Source of the DNA: Desulfurivibrio sp.
GTDB lineage: Bacteria > Desulfobacterota > Desulfobulbia > Desulfobulbales > SURF-16
Assembly (NCBI GenBank): GCA_003605035.1
Contig: QZKJ01000080.1
Coordinates: forward strand, 5,177 to 69,176
Length of the DNA: 64,000 nt
Reading direction: 5' to 3'
Part shown: positions 59,537 to 64,000 of the stretch, in pieces
How positions within the stretch are numbered: the stretch's first letter is position 1
Layout of the letters: the number at the start of each line of letters is the position of its first letter
Made by a program: the position numbers and the translations under genes
Notes under the pieces: generated by a model
The model's input: the letters and a program-made list of their open reading frames with translations, nothing else
What the model was told of the DNA's origin: nothing
Database searches by the model: none

Positions 59537-60709
59537 TCACACCAGCTGTGCCAGCGCCTGGTTGGCAATTGGCAGGGCCCGGCCTGACAGCCGCAGAAAG
59601 TCGTCATCGAGCACGACCAGACCCTGGGCCAGCAGTGTCTGCAGGGTCTGGCCATAGTAGACCACCGGGTTGAGCTGAAAGCGTTCCTCAAGCTCTGTGA
59701 TGCTGACGCCTGCCAGCATCCTGAGTCCCATGATCACTGTCTCCCGGAAAAGGGCTGGCCTGGACAGACATTCCATCTCGCTGTATGGCTCCTGATCGTT
59801 GCTTATTCTCTGCACATAGACACGCGGGTCCGCTACATTGGTCACCCTGGTACCGGAAAGGGAACCCACCGCCCCGGCGCCCAGGGCCAGCCAGGAGCGA
59901 TTCTGCCAGTAATTGATGTTGTGGCGGCAGAAAAATCCCGGCCTGGCGTAGTTGGAAATCTCATAGCGCTCATAACCCCGGTCGGCCAGCAGCCTGCTGG
60001 TTACGGCCTCCATATCGGCCACCTGATCCTCGGTGGGTAGCCGGACCTTGCCGCGGGCCACCAGGGCGGCCAGCGGCGTCTTTTCCTCCACCGTCAATTC
60101 ATAAAGCGAGAAGTGCTCCGGCGCCAGACGCACGGCGGTCTCCAGGGTCTGTTGCCACTCCTGTTGCGTCTGCCCGGGCAGGCCGTACATCAGATCCAGG
60201 CTGATGTTGGCAAAGCCCGCCTCCCGGGCCATGGCATAGGCCAGGGCGGCATCCTCCGCGGTGTGGCTGCGGCCGAGACATTTAAGCTGAGCCGGGGAAA
60301 AGGACTGGACGCCGATACTGAGCCGGTTTACCCCCGCCTCACGCAGGGCCTGCAGCCTGGCCGGGGAGAGGGTGTTGGGGTTGCTTTCCACCGTGATTTC
60401 GGGAGTGCTGGTGAACGAGAAGGCGGTGAGGCAGTTGCGGATCACTTGGCTGAGCAGGGCAGGGTCACAGATGGTGGGGGTGCCGCCGCCGAGATAGAGC
60501 GAGAAGAAGCTGTGGCCGCGGCACCAGGGATGGTTGGCCAGGCGGCGGATATGCGTGTTCAGCGCCTCAAGATAACCGGCAATTTCTGCCTCGCGGCCGG
60601 CATGGGAGTTAAAGGAGCAGTAAAGGCATTTGCTCCTGCAGAAGGGGATATGCAGGTAGATGGATGTCTGGCGGTCCCCGGCGGGGCGGTTCAGAGCAGA
60701 GGCAGACAT
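59537..60709 (-). CDS. hemW: Radical SAM heme chaperone HemW (HemN-like, oxygen-independent coproporphyrinogen oxidase family)
   Basis: IYLHIPFCRSKCLYCSF, GGGTP, and NRLSIGVQSF. 390 aa. Confidence 0.9.
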   Translation of the reverse strand: MSASALNRPAGDRQTSIYLHIPFCRSKCLYCSFNSHAGREAEIAGYLEALNTHIRRLANHPWCRGHSFFSLYLGGGTPTICDPALLSQVIRNCLTAFSFTSTPEITVESNPNTLSPARLQALREAGVNRLSIGVQSFSPAQLKCLGRSHTAEDAALAYAMAREAGFANISLDLMYGLPGQTQQEWQQTLETAVRLAPEHFSLYELTVEEKTPLAALVARGKVRLPTEDQVADMEAVTSRLLADRGYERYEISNYARPGFFCRHNINYWQNRSWLALGAGAVGSLSGTRVTNVADPRVYVQRISNDQEPYSEMECLSRPALFRETVIMGLRMLAGVSITELEERFQLNPVVYYGQTLQTLLAQGLVVLDDDFLRLSGRALPIANQALAQLV

Positions 60710-61416
60710 TCCTGCTTGATCTCCTCCATCAGGCCGTGGTCGGCGAAGCTGAAGGGGCTGTCGCCGGCCCCGACGATGAGATGATCCAGCAGCTGCACGT
60801 CGATCATGGCGCAGGCCAGAAAGAGATTTCTAGTGAGCTTGCGGTCCGCCACGGACGGGGTCAGGCTGCCGGAGGGATGGTTGTGGGCAATGACCACGGC
60901 GGCGGCATGATTGGCCAGAATGGTCTTGATGAATTCCCTGGGATAGACCGTATTGACCGACAGGGTGCCCTCAAACAGCACTCTGGTGTCGATGATGGCA
61001 AAGGAGGCGTCCAGAAAAATGGCCTGGAACACCTCTTTTTTCAGGTCGCGCATGGCATGGATAAGGTAGTCCCCCACCTCCCGGGACGAACGCAGGTAGT
61101 TTTTGCTGCGCAGCCGCTGGTTGAGGTAGCGTCGGGCCACACTCTGGATGAAGTGGATGGCGAAACTGTTCTGGCCGCCGATGCCGGTGACCGTCTGCAG
61201 CTCAAAGGGGGTGGCCTCCAGCACCGCAGCCAGGCTGCCGAATTTCTGCAGCAGGAGCCGGGCGCTTTCCTTGCAGTCGCGGCGCGGGGTGCCCAGGGTG
61301 AGCAGCAGCTCCAGCACCTCGTCGTCATTCAAGGCATCAATGCCCCGCATGCTGAATTTATCACGCAGCCGCTGGCGGTGGCCCTTGCCTTTCTCCTGGT
61401 CTGAGGTGTTGTCCAT
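60691..61416 (-). CDS. radC: RadC-family JAB/MPN-domain protein
   Basis: HRQRLRDKF, ELLELLL, and the JAMM motif AAAVVIAHNHPSGSLTPSVADRKLT. Confidence 0.9.
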   Translation of the reverse strand: MDNTSDQEKGKGHRQRLRDKFSMRGIDALNDDEVLELLLTLGTPRRDCKESARLLLQKFGSLAAVLEATPFELQTVTGIGGQNSFAIHFIQSVARRYLNQRLRSKNYLRSSREVGDYLIHAMRDLKKEVFQAIFLDASFAIIDTRVLFEGTLSVNTVYPREFIKTILANHAAAVVIAHNHPSGSLTPSVADRKLTRNLFLACAMIDVQLLDHLIVGAGDSPFSFADHGLMEEIKQECLPLL

Positions 61417-61433
61417 TAACTGAAAGGGAAAAC

Positions 61434-61489
61434 GGTAGAAGTGAAAAGTGAAAAGTTAGGAGTGAGGAGTTAGGAGTGAGGAGAAAAAA
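61434..61489. repeat. Heptanucleotide tandem array, purine-rich on the + strand (8 units)
   Basis: ggtagaa gtgaaaa gtgaaaa gttagga gtgagga gttagga gtgagga gaaaaaa. It lies 18 nt upstream of the radC start codon, which is on the minus strand. Confidence 0.85.
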
Positions 61490-61526
61490 ATCTGTAGACA
61501 AAATTCACTAATGGAGGTCATTTTTT

Positions 61527-61610
61527 CTGCCTTCTGCCTTCTGCCTTCTGCCTTCTGCCTTCTGTCTTCTGCCTTTTCACTCCTCACTCCTCACTCCTTA
61601 CTGCTTACTC
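61527..61610. repeat. Heptanucleotide tandem array, pyrimidine-rich on the + strand (12 units; 5 perfect ctgcctt)
   Basis: ctgcctt x5, ctgtctt, ctgcctt, ttcactc, ctcactc, ctcactc, cttactg, cttactc. The last units overlap the gatB stop codon (61598-61600) and its final codons. Confidence 0.88.
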
Positions 61611-63040
61611 AACTCCTGCATGAAGAGCTCATTGGCCATCTTGGGATTGGCCTTGCCCTTGGTCTTCTGCATGAGCTGGCCGACGAAAAAGCCCATGAGC
61701 TTGGTCTTGCCGCCCTTGAAAGCGGCCACCTGCTGCGGGTTCTCGGCCATGATCTGCCGGACGATCTCGAGCAGATCGCCCTCATCGCTCATCTGCACCA
61801 GGTTCTTTTCCCTGACAATGGTCTGGGCGTCCTTGCCGCTCTGCATCATCTCGTCAAACACGGTTTTGGCGATTTTGCCGCTGATGGTACCCTTGTCGAT
61901 CAGGGCGAGCAGGGCGGCAAGATTTTCAGGGCTGACCGGAAAGGCGCGGATATCCAGGCCGTCCTCGCCTTTTAATTCACGCATCATCTCGGTCTTGATC
62001 CAGTTGCCCAGTTTTCTGGCATCCGGATAGAGGGCCAGGGCCGCTTCAAAATAATCGGCCAGCTCCCGGGACGAGGTGAGCACGCCGGCCTCCTCCTCGT
62101 TAAACTGCAGTGTTGCCATAAAACGCTGCTTCTTGGCGTCGGGCAGTTCGGGCAGGGACTCTTTCACCCGGCTGATCCAGGCCGCATCGATCACCACCGG
62201 GATCAGATCAGGGTCTGGGAAATAGCGGTAATCATGGGCCTCCTCCTTGCCGCGCATGGAGTTGGTGACGTTGCGGTCCGCATCCCACAGCAGGGTCTCC
62301 TGCACCACCTTGCCGCCGTCCAGCAGGATATCGCGCTGGCGCCGCACTTCAAACTCCAGGGCCCGCTGCACATTGCGGAAGGAGTTCATGTTCTTCAGTT
62401 CCGTGCGGGTGCCGAACTCCTGCTGTCCCACCGGCCGCAGGGAGATGTTGGCGTCGCAGCGGAAGCTGCCTTCCTGCATGTTGCCGTCGCAGATATCCAG
62501 ATAGCGGAGAATGGCATGCAGTTTTTTCAAATAGGCGGCCGCCTCTTCCGGCGAACGGATATCAGGCTCGCTGACGATCTCGATCAGCGGCACGCCGGTG
62601 CGGTTCAGATCCACATAGCTCTGCGGCTTGACCTCGTCATGGATGAGTTTGCCGGCATCCTCTTCCATGTGGATGCGGGTCAGCCCGATGCGGCGCTGTT
62701 TGCCGTCCACCTCGATATCCACATGGCCGTGCTGGGCCAGCGGACGGTCATACTGGGAAATCTGATAGCCTTTGGGCAGGTCTGGATAGAAATAGTTTTT
62801 GCGGGCGAACTGATTGACTTCCGCTATTTCGCAGTCGGTGGCAATGGCCATCTTCATGGCGAATTCAACCACCTGGCGGTTAAGCACCGGCAGCACGCCG
62901 GGCATGCCGAGACAGACCGGGCAGGTGTTGGTATTGGGCGGCTTGCCGAATTCGGTGGTGCAGGCGCAGAAGATTTTCGATCTGGTTTTCAGCTGGGCAT
63001 GAACTTCAAGTCCGATAACAGTTTCAAATTCCATAGTCAT
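61598..63040 (-). CDS. gatB: Asp-tRNA(Asn)/Glu-tRNA(Gln) amidotransferase subunit B
   Basis: [45 protein letters not shown], and a C-terminal GatB/YqeY domain. 480 aa. Confidence 0.95.
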   Translation of the reverse strand: MTMEFETVIGLEVHAQLKTRSKIFCACTTEFGKPPNTNTCPVCLGMPGVLPVLNRQVVEFAMKMAIATDCEIAEVNQFARKNYFYPDLPKGYQISQYDRPLAQHGHVDIEVDGKQRRIGLTRIHMEEDAGKLIHDEVKPQSYVDLNRTGVPLIEIVSEPDIRSPEEAAAYLKKLHAILRYLDICDGNMQEGSFRCDANISLRPVGQQEFGTRTELKNMNSFRNVQRALEFEVRRQRDILLDGGKVVQETLLWDADRNVTNSMRGKEEAHDYRYFPDPDLIPVVIDAAWISRVKESLPELPDAKKQRFMATLQFNEEEAGVLTSSRELADYFEAALALYPDARKLGNWIKTEMMRELKGEDGLDIRAFPVSPENLAALLALIDKGTISGKIAKTVFDEMMQSGKDAQTIVREKNLVQMSDEGDLLEIVRQIMAENPQQVAAFKGGKTKLMGFFVGQLMQKTKGKANPKMANELFMQELSKQ

Positions 63041-63143
63041 TGTGCAAGGCTGCCCTGCACAGGGTGTGCGGCGCCTTTATCCTTGGTTGGTATTTTCTGT
63101 TTTTGCGAAGCCATTGATAAATCATGGGCACTGAAAGCGCGCC

Positions 63144-63683
63144 TTACTGGCCCTTGCGGATCCAGGCGCGCAGGCTGGCCAGCTCATCCTGCCAGGCAGC
63201 CGGGCTGGTCCTGATCGCCAGAAAGACGCGGAAAAGCTCGTCAATGGTCCGGGTGGCCGTCTCCAGCATGCCGATGCGGTCAAGCAGGCGCCCCTCAATG
63301 GCCTCCGCCGTGTCGCCTTCCTCGGACGAGGCCATGGTCTTCGGCGGTTTGACGCTGCGGAATTCCAGCAGGCTGGCCTTCAGCGTCATATGCCATTCAT
63401 ACTCGCCCTGAACAATGTGGATGCGGGCCTGCTCCAGTTTCTTGCCCATGCGCAGCCCGGTGCGGGCCTCGTTGAGCTCGGCCTGCAGGCCCTGGCAGAT
63501 GATCTTTTCAAAGGCCTCGCCCTCGCCATATTCCAGCAGCATGTGTTTTTCAAAGACAAGCTGGATGTCGCCGCTGCCGGGCAGCAGCACCGTGCCGCCC
63601 CGCTCCTCGCTTTTAAACCAGAGCCAGGTGAGAAACTCCTGGCCGAGAAATCGTTTTTCGATAATCAGATCGACTAAGTCCAT
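63144..63683 (-). CDS. Hypothetical protein, weakly RdgC-like (C-terminal-type region)
   Basis: 179-aa ORF with coding-like composition. By eye it is loosely colinear with the C-terminal half of E. coli RdgC (LEQARIHIV..G....L...LEF; EAIEGRLLDRIGMLETATRTIDELFRVFL). The assignment is tentative. Confidence 0.5.
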   Translation of the reverse strand: MDLVDLIIEKRFLGQEFLTWLWFKSEERGGTVLLPGSGDIQLVFEKHMLLEYGEGEAFEKIICQGLQAELNEARTGLRMGKKLEQARIHIVQGEYEWHMTLKASLLEFRSVKPPKTMASSEEGDTAEAIEGRLLDRIGMLETATRTIDELFRVFLAIRTSPAAWQDELASLRAWIRKGQ

Positions 63684-63694
63684 ACATGGCCCTT

Positions 63695-64000
63695 TCAGAT
63701 GAGGATATCAGGGGTAAGCCGGGAAAGGGCGTCGTGATATTCCGGTTGAAGAAGATGTTCCGCAGTGAGATAGGGGATCTGCAGCCGCAGCGACAGATCA
63801 AAGGTCTTCTTGAAGAAATCCTCCAGCTCGGCCTGGGCCTTGTCGCTGGTGGAAAAAAAGAGCAGGGTGGCCTCGGACAGATTCCAGCAGAGGTCATAGG
63901 TGGCCGGCACCGGCACCGCCTTTTTGAGCAGCATCAGCTTGACGTTTTCCTTGATTTCAAGCTTCTGGGCCCGGCTCAGCTTGGGAATCTGCCGTTCTTT
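63695..64000 (-). CDS. Hypothetical protein, weakly RdgC-like (central region); open to the right edge of the window
   Basis: The frame stays open from 64000 down to the stop at 63695. KLSRAQKLEIKENVKLMLLKKAVPVPATYDLCWNL..TLLFFSTSDKAQAELEDFFKKTF resembles RdgC residues ~95-165. Tentative. Confidence 0.45.
   Translation of the reverse strand, partial: KERQIPKLSRAQKLEIKENVKLMLLKKAVPVPATYDLCWNLSEATLLFFSTSDKAQAELEDFFKKTFDLSLRLQIPYLTAEHLLQPEYHDALSRLTPDILI

Noticed and set aside
61434-61610. Possible CRISPR array
   Set aside because: The units are 7 nt and directly abutting, with no spacers. No cas genes are in the window. This is a microsatellite-like tandem repeat, not a CRISPR array.
61511-61975. 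154-aa plus-strand ORF starting MEVIFSAFCLLPSAFCLLSSAFSLL
   Set aside because: The repetitive peptide is the translation of the 7-nt tandem array (a 21-nt period). The rest is antisense to the well-supported gatB gene.

Overview
This is a 64-kb chromosomal window from a GC-rich bacterium. Gene content (HDOD/HD-GYP/PilZ signalling proteins, a NIL-domain ferredoxin, UPF0280, GatCAB, radical-SAM enzymes) suggests an anaerobic Desulfobacterota-like (deltaproteobacterial) organism, but I cannot verify the taxon without a search. Coding density is high. I support about 60 CDS, most of them core housekeeping genes: yajC, tgt, rph, mutM, bioF/bioB, pcnB-type polymerase, rpsA, sppA, ihfB-like, tsaC, parA/parB, pyrK/pyrD, Rel/SpoT, rnr, trmJ-like, gatC/gatA/gatB, hisC, cmk, rdgB, peroxiredoxin, aroK/aroC, gap, hemW, radC. 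I saw no rRNA, tRNA, CRISPR array, transposase or integrase. The non-housekeeping content is: (1) a tightly packed trio at 52.0-59.1 kb, made of a ~1,420-aa protein carrying only the ATP-grasp and phosphohistidine modules of pyruvate phosphate dikinase behind ~920 aa of unrecognisable sequence, an orphan GspE/MshE-type ATPase with tandem MshEN-like c-di-GMP motifs, and an HDOD protein; (2) a 1,038-aa fusion of a radical-SAM/SPASM-like domain, an ArsM-like methyltransferase and a Cys-rich domain at 6.95-10.07 kb, with a DUF2064/GT2 transferase pair 18 kb away; (3) an HDOD-histidine kinase-receiver / MerR-MinD-like / ExeA-like cluster at the left edge. Non-coding structure includes a 175-nt rod-like imperfect hairpin (6749-6923), a 36-bp perfect palindrome with a near-consensus parS core just upstream of parAB (21997-22032), and two oppositely oriented heptanucleotide tandem-repeat arrays between gatB and radC (61434-61610). 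All family assignments come from reading motifs in the supplied translations. No database search was run.
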